From: an uncultured delta proteobacterium
GTDB lineage: Bacteria > Myxococcota > Kuafuiibacteriia > Kuafuiibacteriales > Kuafuiibacteriaceae
Assembly: GCA_963803435.1 (NCBI GenBank)
Contig: CAWDML010000001.1
Span: 3,104,001-3,168,000, forward strand
Reading direction: 5' to 3'
Length of the DNA: 64,000 nt
Shown: positions 32,729 through 42,742 of the stretch, one piece after another
How positions within the stretch are numbered: position 1 is the first letter of the stretch
Layout of the letters: the number at the start of each line of letters is the position of its first letter
Notes under the pieces: model-generated
Told to the model about the DNA's origin: nothing
Databases searched by the model: none
Seen by the model: only the letters and a program-made list of their open reading frames with translations
Made by a program: the position numbers and the translations under genes

Positions 32729-34444
32729 TCAATCGCGGATCTTGGAGAGATCAATCAGGGCCCAATGCCCCGTCTGGTGGACCACCGCCGGGCCAGGGAT
32801 CTGCCGCATCAGCTCGTACGGCTGGCCTGGCCGCTGTCGGGCGAGCTCCTGGATCCAGCCGCCCATGGGCGGCATGTAGCCCGGCGGGCGGCCGCGGAGC
32901 TGGTTCGTGTCGACCAGAATGTGCGTGACACCGAGCTCGTCGTGCAGCCGGATCAAGGGCTCCCGCGACTTCGCCAGATAGGCCTCGAAGAACGGGCGCA
33001 GGCGGCGCCGGACCTCGTCGAGGAACCCGAGGTGGTGCGGCTGGTGGAGCTCGCCGGTCATCAGCACCTGGCGGCGCGCCACGTAGGGGACGTTGCTCAT
33101 CGGATCGTCGGGCCAGCCCGCGATCATCACGCCCTCCGGTAGCTCCGCGATCGCCCGATACATCTCGGCGAGATCAGGCGGGACGTGCACCGACAGACCC
33201 GCGTTCGTGGAGCCGCGCCCACCCACGAACAGCATGAAGACGATCGCGAGCGGCACCGCGAGCGCGTTGCGGATCGGGGTGTGGATCCGCAGCGGCTTCA
33301 GATAGGAGAGCAGCCCGACGAACGCACCCGACGCCATCACCGCCAGCACCGGCGGCAATCCGTACTGCACGTAGCGATTCGGGACGTACGCGTAGGGCGC
33401 GGCCACCCGCGAGATCGTGTGTCCGATCGCGATCCCGGCGGCGAACGCGAGGACGCGCTGTGCCCGCACGTCGTCCTTGGCGAGGCGGTACCAGCCGAGA
33501 AGGAACAGGACGAGGATCAGCTCGAGCGCGCTCTGCTTCTGGCGCTCGGTCAGGTCGCGGAGCGGTCGCAGCCACGGCTCTCCCTGTCCGAAGAAGAGAC
33601 GGCGCGCGACCGCGTCGGTGTCCTCGAAGAAGGTCTTGTACGGCGGCAGATCCAGCGGACTCGAGGTTCCGGCCGGGCCGGCCTCCGGGTACTGCTGCCA
33701 GTCGCTCGGCTTGGAGACCGGCGCGTACGGCCGCTGCGAGAGCGCCAGCGGGAGGACCACGATCGCGGACGCCAGCGCGACCAGGACCGTGACCCGCAGG
33801 CGCTTCCCGAACCGCCAGCCCTCCGCGTCACCGCGGGACGCGGACGGGAGCAGAAACAGGTAGGCGGCGAACGCGATCCCGAGGACGGCGCCCGCCGAGG
33901 GATAGAACGCCGACGCCACCACCACCATGACGGCCGCCAGGCGCACACGGCCGTAGATGATCGCGACGAGCCCGACCGCGATCGCGGGGTGTGCGAAAGC
34001 CCGCGGCAAGCCTCCGCCCATCCGCTCCAGGTAGACGTCGGTGCCCAGCGTCAGCGCCATCGCGATCCACGCGCCGGTCTTACGGGCGAACGCGTGGCCC
34101 GCGATGCCGGCGGCGACCACGACGATCGGCAGCAAGAGATACGGGATCAGCTTGCTGAGCGGCTCGGCGTCCCAGAGCCAGCTCCCTACGGTGAAGAGCA
34201 CGCGATATCCGATCGGGATGTGCGTCGCCATCACGTAGTCGCCCAGGTAGTCGTTCGGAAACGCGGCCGGGTTGGAGTAGCGATAGAAGGGCCAGATCAC
34301 GATGCGCGCGTCGTCGTTGAACTGGAGCGGGTCGAGCGAGTTACGCGCGTGCGCGATCAGAGCCGGGAGGAACAGCCACACGAGTGAGCCGATCACCAGG
34401 AGCCAGCCGCCCCAGCGGAACAGCGGGCGATAGCGGCGCGTCAC
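32729..34444 (-). CDS. Polytopic membrane protein, possibly GT-C glycosyltransferase-like
   Basis: Many TM helices; first extracytoplasmic loop has NDD; soluble C-terminal domain ('LGVTHILVD'). Confidence 0.6.
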   Translation of the reverse strand: MTRRYRPLFRWGGWLLVIGSLVWLFLPALIAHARNSLDPLQFNDDARIVIWPFYRYSNPAAFPNDYLGDYVMATHIPIGYRVLFTVGSWLWDAEPLSKLIPYLLLPIVVVAAGIAGHAFARKTGAWIAMALTLGTDVYLERMGGGLPRAFAHPAIAVGLVAIIYGRVRLAAVMVVVASAFYPSAGAVLGIAFAAYLFLLPSASRGDAEGWRFGKRLRVTVLVALASAIVVLPLALSQRPYAPVSKPSDWQQYPEAGPAGTSSPLDLPPYKTFFEDTDAVARRLFFGQGEPWLRPLRDLTERQKQSALELILVLFLLGWYRLAKDDVRAQRVLAFAAGIAIGHTISRVAAPYAYVPNRYVQYGLPPVLAVMASGAFVGLLSYLKPLRIHTPIRNALAVPLAIVFMLFVGGRGSTNAGLSVHVPPDLAEMYRAIAELPEGVMIAGWPDDPMSNVPYVARRQVLMTGELHQPHHLGFLDEVRRRLRPFFEAYLAKSREPLIRLHDELGVTHILVDTNQLRGRPPGYMPPMGGWIQELARQRPGQPYELMRQIPGPAVVHQTGHWALIDLSKIRD

Positions 34445-34499
34445 GCTTGCCTTCTAGGCAACGCGGAGACGGGGAGCAAGCCGGCTTGCGCGCGTCGAG

Positions 34500-34541
34500 G
34501 TCCGAAAACGGCCAGACATCCCGAGACCCGCGCGCTATGAA
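34500..34541 (+). promoter_or_regulatory. Putative Ada-activated promoter: GTCCGAAAACGGC box, CAGACA-N17-TATGAA
   Basis: Sigma70-like -35/-10 with a 17-bp spacer puts the TSS at about the GTG 34548 (leaderless). An AAAA-centred box abuts the -35. Confidence 0.4.
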
Positions 34542-34547
34542 TCAGGT

Positions 34548-36002
34548 GTGAGCCTCGACGCGGACACCTGCTATCGCGCGCTGAGAGCGAAGGACCCCCG
34601 GTTCGACGGGCTCTTCTTCGTGGGCGTGAAGACCACCGGGATCTACTGCCGCCCGATCTGCCCCGCGAGGACGCCGGCCCGGGAGCGGTGCACGTTCTAC
34701 GCGCTGCCGGCGGAGGCGGAGCGGGCGGGCTTCCGGGCCTGCTTCCGCTGCCGGCCCGAGCTGGCGCCGGGACGATCGTCGATCGAGTCGGTGCCCAGGC
34801 TGGTGTTGCGTGCCGCCGCGCGGATCGAGGCCGGGTACCTGAACGAGCACTCGATCGACGCGCTCGCGAAGGCGCTGGGCGTGACCGCGCGGCACCTCCG
34901 GCGTTCGATGGAGCGGGAGCTGGGCATCAACCCGATCGAGCTGGCCCAGACCCGGCGACTCGCGCTGGCCAAACAACTGCTCCAGGACAGCGCGATGCCG
35001 GTGGCGGAGGTAGCCTTCGCCTCGGGCTTCGCCAGCGTACGTCGCTTCAACGCGGTGTTCGCGGACCGCTTCGGGCAGACGCCTTCGTCGCTCCGCCGCG
35101 GACGCACCAGGGTCGGAGCCGTGGCGACGGACTCGATCGTGCTGCGCCTCGATCACCGCCCGCCGTTGGAGTATGGGACGCTGCTCCGCTTCCTCCGCGA
35201 TCGTGCGATCCCGGGCGTGGAGAGCGTCGAGGGCGATCGATACCGGCGGTCCGTCGCCATCGGACGCAGCTCGGGCTGGCTGGAGGTCGGGCCGGTCTCC
35301 GATCGGAGCGCGCTCCAGGCGCGCGTGTCGGCGTCGCTGGCGCCACACCTCATGGAGATCGCGGCGCGCCTGCGCGCCCTGTTCGATCTCGACGCGCGGC
35401 CGGACGCGGTCGACGGGCACCTCGCACAGGACCAGCTCTTGGCGCCGTGGATCGCGGCGCGGCCCGGGCTCCGCGTGCCCGGTGCGTTCGACGGCTTCGA
35501 GGTGGGGGCCCGGGCGATCCTGGGGCAGCAGGTCTCGGTGCGCGCTGCGACGACCCTGAGCGGCCGGCTGGTCGAGCGGTTCGGCGCGCCGATCGAGGAC
35601 GGTCTTTCGGGGATCGACCGCACGTTCCCCTCGGCGGAGACGTTGGCGGGCGCGGGCGCGGCCGCAGTGAAGCGCATCGGCCTCACGCAGGAGCGGGCGC
35701 AGACGATCGTCGCGCTGTCACAGGCGGTCGCGGACGGTCGGATCGATCTCTCGGAGGGCGCGGATCCCGAACGATCGATCGAAGAGCTGCAACAGGTCCG
35801 CGGGATCGGATCCTGGACCGCCCACTACCTGGCGATGCGGGCGCTCCGATGGCCCAACGCATTCCCGAGCGGCGACCTCGTGCTCAAGCGCGCCCTCGGC
35901 GTCAAGACGGCGCGGCAGGCCGAGGCGCGCGCCGCCGCCTGGCAGCCCTGGCGGGCCTACGGCGTCATGCACGTGTTCAGCTCGGTCACGAAGGGAGAGT
36001 GA
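34548..36002 (+). CDS. alkA: AdaA-AlkA fusion: Ada Zn-binding/AraC regulator plus DNA-3-methyladenine glycosylase II
   Basis: VKTTGIYCRPICPA, GFRACFRCRP, SGFASVRRFN, AILGQQVSV, HhH GIGSWTA, WQPWRAY. Confidence 0.95.
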   Translation: MSLDADTCYRALRAKDPRFDGLFFVGVKTTGIYCRPICPARTPARERCTFYALPAEAERAGFRACFRCRPELAPGRSSIESVPRLVLRAAARIEAGYLNEHSIDALAKALGVTARHLRRSMERELGINPIELAQTRRLALAKQLLQDSAMPVAEVAFASGFASVRRFNAVFADRFGQTPSSLRRGRTRVGAVATDSIVLRLDHRPPLEYGTLLRFLRDRAIPGVESVEGDRYRRSVAIGRSSGWLEVGPVSDRSALQARVSASLAPHLMEIAARLRALFDLDARPDAVDGHLAQDQLLAPWIAARPGLRVPGAFDGFEVGARAILGQQVSVRAATTLSGRLVERFGAPIEDGLSGIDRTFPSAETLAGAGAAAVKRIGLTQERAQTIVALSQAVADGRIDLSEGADPERSIEELQQVRGIGSWTAHYLAMRALRWPNAFPSGDLVLKRALGVKTARQAEARAAAWQPWRAYGVMHVFSSVTKGE

Positions 36003-36006
36003 GCTC

Positions 36007-36546
36007 ATGTATTCACAGAAGAGATTCGAGTCCCCGGTCGGGTGCCTGCGGCTCATCGCGGGCGAGCGCGCCCTGGTCGGCGTCTACTTCCCCGACCACC
36101 ACCCTGCGCCGTCGATCGAGGCCGAGGACCAAGACGACCACCCGATCCTCGAGCAGGCCGCACGCGAGCTCGACGAGTACTTTTGCGGCCGGCGCCGGGA
36201 GTTCACGACGCCGCTGTCCCTCGAGCACGGCACGCACTTCCAGCGCTCGGTCTGGTCGGCGCTCGAGGCGATCCCGTTCGGCTCGACGCGCTCGTACGCA
36301 GAGCTGGCGCGCGCGATCGGCCGGACCCGCGCAGTCCGTGCCGTCGGCGCGGCGAACGGCCGGAACCCGATCTCGATCCTCGTGCCCTGCCACCGCGTCG
36401 TCGGCGCCGACGGCAGCTTGACGGGTTACGCCGGCGGCACGAACGCGAAGCGCTGGTTGCTCACCCACGAGCGCTCGACGACTCGGTCGCGGAGCCAGCC
36501 CGGGTCGCGATCACTCGATCGATCTCATTTGTGGATCGAGCCCTAG
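36007..36546 (+). CDS. ogt: Methylated-DNA-protein-cysteine methyltransferase
   Basis: GTHFQRSVW, IPFGSTRSY, RAVGAANGRNP, PCHRV, GYAGG. Confidence 0.96.
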   Translation: MYSQKRFESPVGCLRLIAGERALVGVYFPDHHPAPSIEAEDQDDHPILEQAARELDEYFCGRRREFTTPLSLEHGTHFQRSVWSALEAIPFGSTRSYAELARAIGRTRAVRAVGAANGRNPISILVPCHRVVGADGSLTGYAGGTNAKRWLLTHERSTTRSRSQPGSRSLDRSHLWIEP

Positions 36547-36619
36547 GAGCGTGTAGCGCGTAAGCGCTCACGCGACCCCGGTCCGGGTCCCGGTCCCGGT
36601 CCGGGTCCCGATCTGAAGA

Positions 36620-37502
36620 TGGCTGCCTTCAAGATCCTGCTGTCTGAGTCGGTGAAGTTCCTCTGAGCGTGGGGCCTCGGTGTGCCGTCCACATTTGCAG
36701 GAACGCGATGATGCGGCCATCCATCATTTCGTTCAGTTGGGTCTGGGGATGGTTCGAGCTGGTCAGCCTGCGCTCTTGCCTTCTCGGCTCGAGTTCTCGC
36801 TCGCTTCTGCTCCACCCGATCCACAAGAGCATCATCCGCTTTGCTCTGCTGCTCTTCGGCTTGCCTGCGCAATTTCTCCGCGCGAGCCCTGGCGGCATCC
36901 TGTTCCAGCGCAGCCTTCGCTTCTCGAATGCGGGCAAGGCGGGATTCACGGCGAGCGAGCTCCGCTGGGATGTCCTCTTCAGTCTCTTCAACGCCCAGCC
37001 GCTCGTCTTCCTCTTGGTCGATCGTGCGCGCTCGCTCCAGCAGTTCTTCGATCTCGAGAGACAGCCGCTTCTCCTCCTCGGCCATCCGCTCGTAGGTCAT
37101 CGCCTTGTGCTTGCTCGCGTTCGCCTGCACCTTCGAGCCATCGAGTGCGACGTGTCCGAGCCGCACCAAACCTGCTTTCTGGCAAAGCTTCAGGACTTCG
37201 AGGAAGAGCGCTTTCAGTGCCTCCAGGTGGACGAGCCGAAACTCGTTGATCGTCGTGAAGTGGGGATGACTTTCTCCAGCCAGCACCCGGAATGGAATGT
37301 CTTCGTAGGTCGCCCGCGCGATCCTCCGCGACGAATAGATGCCGGTGCAGTAGGCGTACAGAAGCAGCGCGATCATCATTCGAGGCGAGTACGGTCGCTC
37401 GCCTCGCGGGTCCTTGGACTGGATCGAGATCACGATCGCGCTCAGCTCTACCTCATCGACGACGTCCAAGACGAAGTACGCGAGATGATTTTCTGGGAGC
37501 CA
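36620..37502 (-). pseudogene. IS1182-family transposase remnant (N-terminal part only; DDE domain truncated)
   Basis: WLPENHLAYFV, GERPYSPRMM, GIYSSRRI, PHFTTINEFR, ALDGSKVQANASKHKAM, QRNFTDSDSRILK, then it runs into the terminal repeat. No in-frame upstream start. Confidence 0.88.
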
Positions 37503-37556
37503 ACCTCCAAGAACTTCTGCTGGTCAAAGTGGACGAGCTACCGCAAGCTAGCTTGC

Positions 37557-37925
37557 ATGGTCACTTTCGATCACGAGAAGCTCGAGGTCTACCAGCTCGC
37601 CGTCGAGTATGCCGACATCGCTGAAGAGATCGCACAAGAACTGCAACCCGGTCACGCTCACGTCCGCGATCAGCTTCGGCGGGCATCCGATTCCATCGTG
37701 AACAACACCGCCGAGGGCGCCGGAGAGTTCAATCCACCTGAGAAGGCTCGCTTCTACCGGATGGCACTTCGCTCTGGCACCGAAAGCGCCGCCTCACTCC
37801 ATACCTGCTTGAGGCGCCGACTCGCCAACGGGCAGAAGGTCCAAGCCGCCAGAGCCAACCTCAAGCGCGTTGTCGAGATGCTCACGCGCCTCATCAAGTC
37901 GATGAACGCACGCCGGGCTGCATGA
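37557..37925 (+). CDS. Four helix bundle protein (23S rRNA IVS / Avd-like family)
   Basis: FDHEKLEVYQLA, DQLRRASDSIVNNTAEG, KARFYRMALRSGTE, MLTRLI. Confidence 0.9.
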   Translation: MVTFDHEKLEVYQLAVEYADIAEEIAQELQPGHAHVRDQLRRASDSIVNNTAEGAGEFNPPEKARFYRMALRSGTESAASLHTCLRRRLANGQKVQAARANLKRVVEMLTRLIKSMNARRAA

Positions 37926-37995
37926 TCGCCATCGGGACCGGGACCGGGACCGGGACCCGGACCGGGCTCGCGGTAGCGCTACGCGCTACACGCTC

Positions 37996-39841
37996 CTAGC
38001 GAAGCTTGATCAGCACGTGCTTGCCCTCGCGGATCCAGACCGTGCTGCTCCAGCGGGGCTTGGGATCCTTGCCGCGGGTGAGGGCGACCCGGTGACGGCC
38101 CGCCTTCAGGCGGTAGTGATCGAGGGGGGTCGCGCCTGCGCGATGGCCGTCGACGAGGATCGCGCCGCCCGGACGCGCTGCGATCGAGAGCGTTCCGTAG
38201 ATCAGCTTCTTCGAGCGCGGCGGGCTGCGCTTCGCGACCGGCTTCACCGCGCGCCGTCGCGGCGGTGGGGCCGTGTGGCGCGGCGGCGGTGTCTCGACCT
38301 TCGTCGGCGGCGGCGGATCCTTCTTGTCCGGGATCGGCGGCGTCTCCGTCACGGCCTCGGGCGGCGGAGGCGTGCGCGTGCCGATCAGGGTGGCCGGCGC
38401 GACCGTCGCGGTGGTGATCCCGACCAGCGCGTGGACGTCGATCGGGTCGGGGACCTCGGGCGGCTGATCGGGCTGATCGGGCGGCTCGTTGGTGTCGTCG
38501 GTCGCCTCGAGCGCCTCCGGATCCGGATCCTCCTCCTCGATGCGCTCCTGCTCGGTCCGATCGATCTCCGGATCGTCGTCGAAGGCGTCGGCCCCCTGTG
38601 CGATCACGTCGGAGATCATCGGCTTGGCCTCGTCGGTGGCCCAGCTGGCGAAGCGGGACGCGTTCTCCTCGACGAGGGAGGGGAACAGCAGCCATGCGCC
38701 GGCCGTCAGGGCCGCCAGGATGATGGCGAGCCCGACCATGCGACCGCTCTTGCGGGGGCGCTCGGGGACGAAGCTGATCAGCGCCGAATCCACCAATCCA
38801 GCCGCCTCGCCGGTCTTCGAGGGCGTGGCGGCGGGACGGTCTGCCTTGGTCTGATCCGGCTGCGTCGCCGGGGTTGGACCGGTCGGCGCGTCCATCACCG
38901 ACTGCAGCCAGTTGCGGTGGTGCTCCTTGTCCTCCTCGAGCTCGCGCTCGGCGAAGGACTCCAGCGACTCACCGCCGGCCGCGGACAGGTACGCCTCCAG
39001 CGCCGCCGCCATCTCCTTGGCGTCCGCGTACCGCGAGCGCGGGACCTTCATCAGGCCCTTCATCACGATCGTCTCCAGCTGCTTGGGAACCGACGGGATG
39101 ATCGTGGAGGGCTTGGGGACCTTGCGCCGCGTGGTGGCGTCGGCGAGACCGCCCTTCCCCTTCGAGAACAGGCGGCGCCCGGTGAGCAGCTCGTGCATCA
39201 CGACCGCGAGCGAGTAGAGATTGCTGCGCCGGTCCGCCGACTGCCCGGCGATCTGTTCGGGCGCGATGTAGGCGAGCTTGCCCTTGAAGAGGCCGGTCTG
39301 GGTCGTCGTCGCCTCGCGCTCGAACATGAAGGCGACGCCGAAGTCGAGGATCTTGATCCGGCCGTCGAACGTCAGCATCACATTCTGCGGGCTCACGTCG
39401 CGATGCACGACGCCGAGCGGCTTGCCGTCGAGGTCGGCCAGCTCGTGCGCGGCGTGCAGGCCCCGGCAGACCTCCACCCCGATCCGGGCGACGATCGCCG
39501 GGGGAAGGGGGCCCTGCCGCTTCTGCATCAGCTTGCTGAGCGGGACACCCGGGACGTATTCCAGCGCGAGGTAGAGCCCGCCGGCCTGCTCGACGAAGTC
39601 GTACACCTGCGCCACCGCGGGGTAATCGAGCCGCGCTAGGAGCCGGGCCTCGTCCAGGAACATCCGGCGCATCTCCTCGTGCTGGAGGAGATCCGGCCGG
39701 ATGGTTTTGAGGGCGATGAGCTTCTCGAAGCCGTGCGCACCCTTGCGGCGGGCGAGGTGAACCTCCCCCATCCCACCGACCGAGAGCGGTGCGAGGATTC
39801 TCGAACTGCCCCGTCGTCGAAATTTCGCGCGCCCGGTTCAT
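37996..39841 (-). CDS. Transmembrane Ser/Thr protein kinase with C-terminal PEGA domain (frameshift at ~39797)
   Basis: Corrected N-terminus FEILAPLSVGGMGEVHLA; HRDVSPQN, DFG, GKLAYIAPEQ; TM helix; Pro-rich linker; PEGA-like 'GTLSIAARPGGAILVDG..GATP'. Confidence 0.9.
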
Positions 39842-39931
39842 CAGGCGACCCGACAATACCCAAAGGCGGGGGCAAACAGGTAGCGGGGTTTGTTCCTTGC
39901 CTCCCGTTCGGGCGAATAGCAGCATCCGACC

Positions 39932-41862
39932 ATGCGGCCGGGGGCGTGGATGTGCACCCTGATCCTCCTCACAGCCTGTGGGGAGGAAGTGACCGTCCAG
40001 GTGGAAGGCGCCGGGCGGGTGACGTCGAGCCCTCCCGGGATCGATTGTGGCGTGTCCTGCCGGACGAAGGTCAAGTCCGGCTCGCAACTCCAATTGACGG
40101 CACAGCCGTTGAGCGGGTCGATCTTTTCGGGATGGGGCGGCCCGTGCTCAGGCCAGCCGGCGACCTGCACGATCCAAGTCGATGCACCGGTCACCGTCAC
40201 CGTGAAGATCTCGAAGCTGCATCGCGTCGAGATCCAGCGGAAGGGTGACGGCAAGGGGGTCATCACCTCGACGCCGCCCGGGATTGAGTGCGGCGAGAAG
40301 TGCAGCGCCGAGTTCCCGGACGGGACGCCACTCTCGCTCAACGTCAAGCCGGAGATCGGAGTGCGCGTCGTTCAGGTTGGACCGTGCGGCACCACCGTGC
40401 CGTGCACGCTCAAGGTGAGCTCGCCCCTCACGGTGCGTGTCGATCTCGACGTGGTCCTGGGCGCGCTCCTCTCGGCCGAACGCATCGACGAGGAGGGCGG
40501 CGGCGCCTTCGCGCTCGATCCGAACGGCGAGGCCGTCTGGAGCAAGGAGCAGCGCCTCGAGACCTTCGGCCCCGACGGCAAGCGCACGAGAAGGATTCGC
40601 TCGCCGAGTCGAAGGTCCTCACCCCGAAGGCGCTCGCCCCCCGTCCCGACGGCACCATCGTCGTCGCCGGCGACGGCGCCGAGACCTCGGTGGCCGCCTC
40701 GGTGCGCTCGACCGGCGCCCCCGCGTGGTCCACGGAGCTGCCGGGCAGCGTGCTCGGCGCCGGGGCGTGGGCCAAGGGCTCGGTGGTCGCGCTCGCGATC
40801 GACGACCGGGTTCAGATCGGCGACCGGACCTTCGGCGCCCGGAAGAAGAACGACGTCGTCATGGTATGGCTCGACGAGACGGGCAAGGTCTCCGACGCCG
40901 TCGCGCTCAAGCTTCCGATTACCGCCGAGACCGCCGCGTTCACGGTCGACGCGCGGGGCGCCGGGATCATCGCGGTGAAGGTGGGCAAGAAGCACGTGCT
41001 GGCCAAGGCCTCCAGGACGGAGGTCATCCCGCGAAGCCAGGACGGCGAGAGCGGGAAGGCCTCCAGGACGGAGGTCATCCCGCGAAGCCAGGACGGCGAG
41101 AGCGGGAAGGCCTCCAGGACGGAGGTCATCCCGCGAAGCCAGGACGGCGAGAGCGGGAAGGCCTCCGGCGCCGAAGGGCAGAGCTGGACGGTGAAGCTCG
41201 GTGAGCTCGAGCGCGCCTCGGTGGTCACGAACTCGGCCGGCGACGTCTGGCTGGCGGGGACCGCCCTCTCTCTGGAGGACGACCTCCAGGAGGCGGGCGC
41301 CAAGATCGACAAGAAGCGCACACCGTGCGGGGACACCGGTTTCGGCTTCGTGGCCCGGTTCGACGCCGCCGGCCAGGTCCAGAGCGCCCGCGTGCTGGAG
41401 CGCGGGGTCGCAGGGTTCGGGCTCGATCCGGGCGGTCAGCCGATGGTGGCGGTCGAGTTCGTCGGCGACGTCTCCACCGCCACGGGCGCGTTCACCTCCG
41501 CCGGATATGCGGCCAAGACGGCCGACTGCGATCAGCTATGTGAGAAGAGCTGCTCGGGAGAGAAGGCGCCGGAGGAGTGCGAGCGATGCAAGGCATCCTG
41601 CACCACCGGGCGCGCCAGCGCGATCAATGACGCCGTCTGCAGCTCTCAGCCCGATGTCCTCATCGGCGCGATCACGCCCACCTTCGACTTCGCCTGGGCG
41701 CGACAGCTCAGCGTCGAGGGCGAGCTCTCGATCGAGGGCTTCGGAGTGACCGGCGCCGGGCTCACCTACGTCGCAGCGATGAGCGCCGGTCGCATTCGCG
41801 TGATCGGCGGGGCGAGAGAGGCCACGCTGCCGAGCGGCGTCTCGCTGCTCGTGTTCCGGTAG
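39932..41862 (+). CDS. Lipoprotein with two InlB-B-like/bacterial repeat domains plus beta-propeller region (frameshift at ~40595)
   Basis: LILLTAC lipobox; 2x 'G.G.VTS.PPGI.CG..C', 'FSGWGGPCSG'. The second frame continues with propeller-like repeats and a Cys-rich insert. Confidence 0.75.
41005..41166 (+). repeat. Perfect 51-bp in-frame tandem repeat x3 plus 9-bp partial copy (KASRTEVIPRSQDGESG)
   Basis: AAGGCCTCCAGGACGGAGGTCATCCCGCGAAGCCAGGACGGCGAGAGCGGG x3, then AAGGCCTCC. Confidence 0.97.
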
Positions 41863-41871
41863 CGCGATCGC

Positions 41872-42687
41872 TCAGCAGCGCTTCAGCAGATCGTCGACGG
41901 CCTCGACGATCGAGTCCGGCGCGTCGAGGTGGAGATCGTGGCCGCTGCCCGGCACGATCCGGTGATGGCCGCCGCGGACGGCCCCGGCGAACTTCCGGTG
42001 CATCGCCTGGACCCGGGTCTCGCCGTCGCCGGTCTTCGTCCCCGGGAGCCAGTCGTCTGCGGCCGAGAGGACCTCGAACGGGACCATCGGCGTCCCCAGC
42101 CCGCCGAGCTGCTGGAGGCTCTCGTCGAGCGCGGCCAGCTCGCCGCGGATGGAGCGGAGCACGTCCGGCTTGTAGCCGTAGCGAAGCTCGCGGGCGGCGG
42201 CCTTGGGCAGGCGCTTCGCGATGGGCGGTCCGCGGAAGAAGAAGCGCGACGCCGCGAGCAGGCCGAGCCGCGCCGGCATGATCATGCGCGCGCAGCTTTT
42301 GTCGAGCGCGTCCCTGATCTGGCGGAAGTACTTGCTCACGCCGAGCGACTCGACGACCGGATCCAGGAGCACCATCCCGAGCACGTCCTGCTGCTGCCGG
42401 TAGGCGAACGTCCGGGCGTGCACCGCGCTGAACCCGTGCGCCACGTACAGGTACGGCCCCGAGATCCCTGCCGCGTGGAGGGTACTCTGAAGCTCGTCGA
42501 CGATCTGGAAGCTCGAGCGCGGCCAGGGCCCGGGGTCGCTCCCGCCGAGGCCCATGTGATCGAATGAGACGGTGGTGAACCGCTCCGCGAGCTTCGGCTG
42601 GACCAGGGCCCAGATCGCGGACCAATGCCCCCACCCCGCATCGAGGAGGATCACCGGCGACCCTTCCCCCATGCGTTCGATTCTCAT
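41872..42687 (-). CDS. Alpha/beta hydrolase fold protein
   Basis: GEGSPVILLDAG, SFDHMGLGGSD, GMVLLDP, GSGHDLH; atypical elbow AHGFS. Start moved to 42687 to avoid overlap with the divergent gene. Confidence 0.85.
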   Translation of the reverse strand: MRIERMGEGSPVILLDAGWGHWSAIWALVQPKLAERFTTVSFDHMGLGGSDPGPWPRSSFQIVDELQSTLHAAGISGPYLYVAHGFSAVHARTFAYRQQQDVLGMVLLDPVVESLGVSKYFRQIRDALDKSCARMIMPARLGLLAASRFFFRGPPIAKRLPKAAARELRYGYKPDVLRSIRGELAALDESLQQLGGLGTPMVPFEVLSAADDWLPGTKTGDGETRVQAMHRKFAGAVRGGHHRIVPGSGHDLHLDAPDSIVEAVDDLLKRC

Positions 42688-42742
42688 GCAGCTGCTCTCC
42701 CCTAGATTCGACCCGCTCCGACATGGCGTGTAACCTATCTCC

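Larger units (their letters stand above)
36543..37999. mobile_element. ~1.46-kb element bounded by CTAG and ~70-bp imperfect terminal inverted repeats, carrying a truncated IS1182 transposase and a four-helix-bundle gene
   Basis: Left end CTAGGAGCGTGTAGCGCGTAAGCGC...(GGTCCC/GGTCCG)n at 36543-36612 is the reverse complement of 37931-37999. Interior is lower GC. Confidence 0.75.

Noticed and set aside
36578-36612. PGPGPG protein repeat at the transposase C-terminus
   Set aside because: It is read-through into the DNA terminal inverted repeat, mirrored at 37931-37965.
37557-37925. Diversity-generating retroelement (Avd-like gene)
   Set aside because: No reverse transcriptase and no template/variable repeat pair seen in the window.
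41005-41166. CRISPR array
   Set aside because: Units are identical and contiguous with no unique spacers, lie in frame in a CDS, and no cas genes are present.
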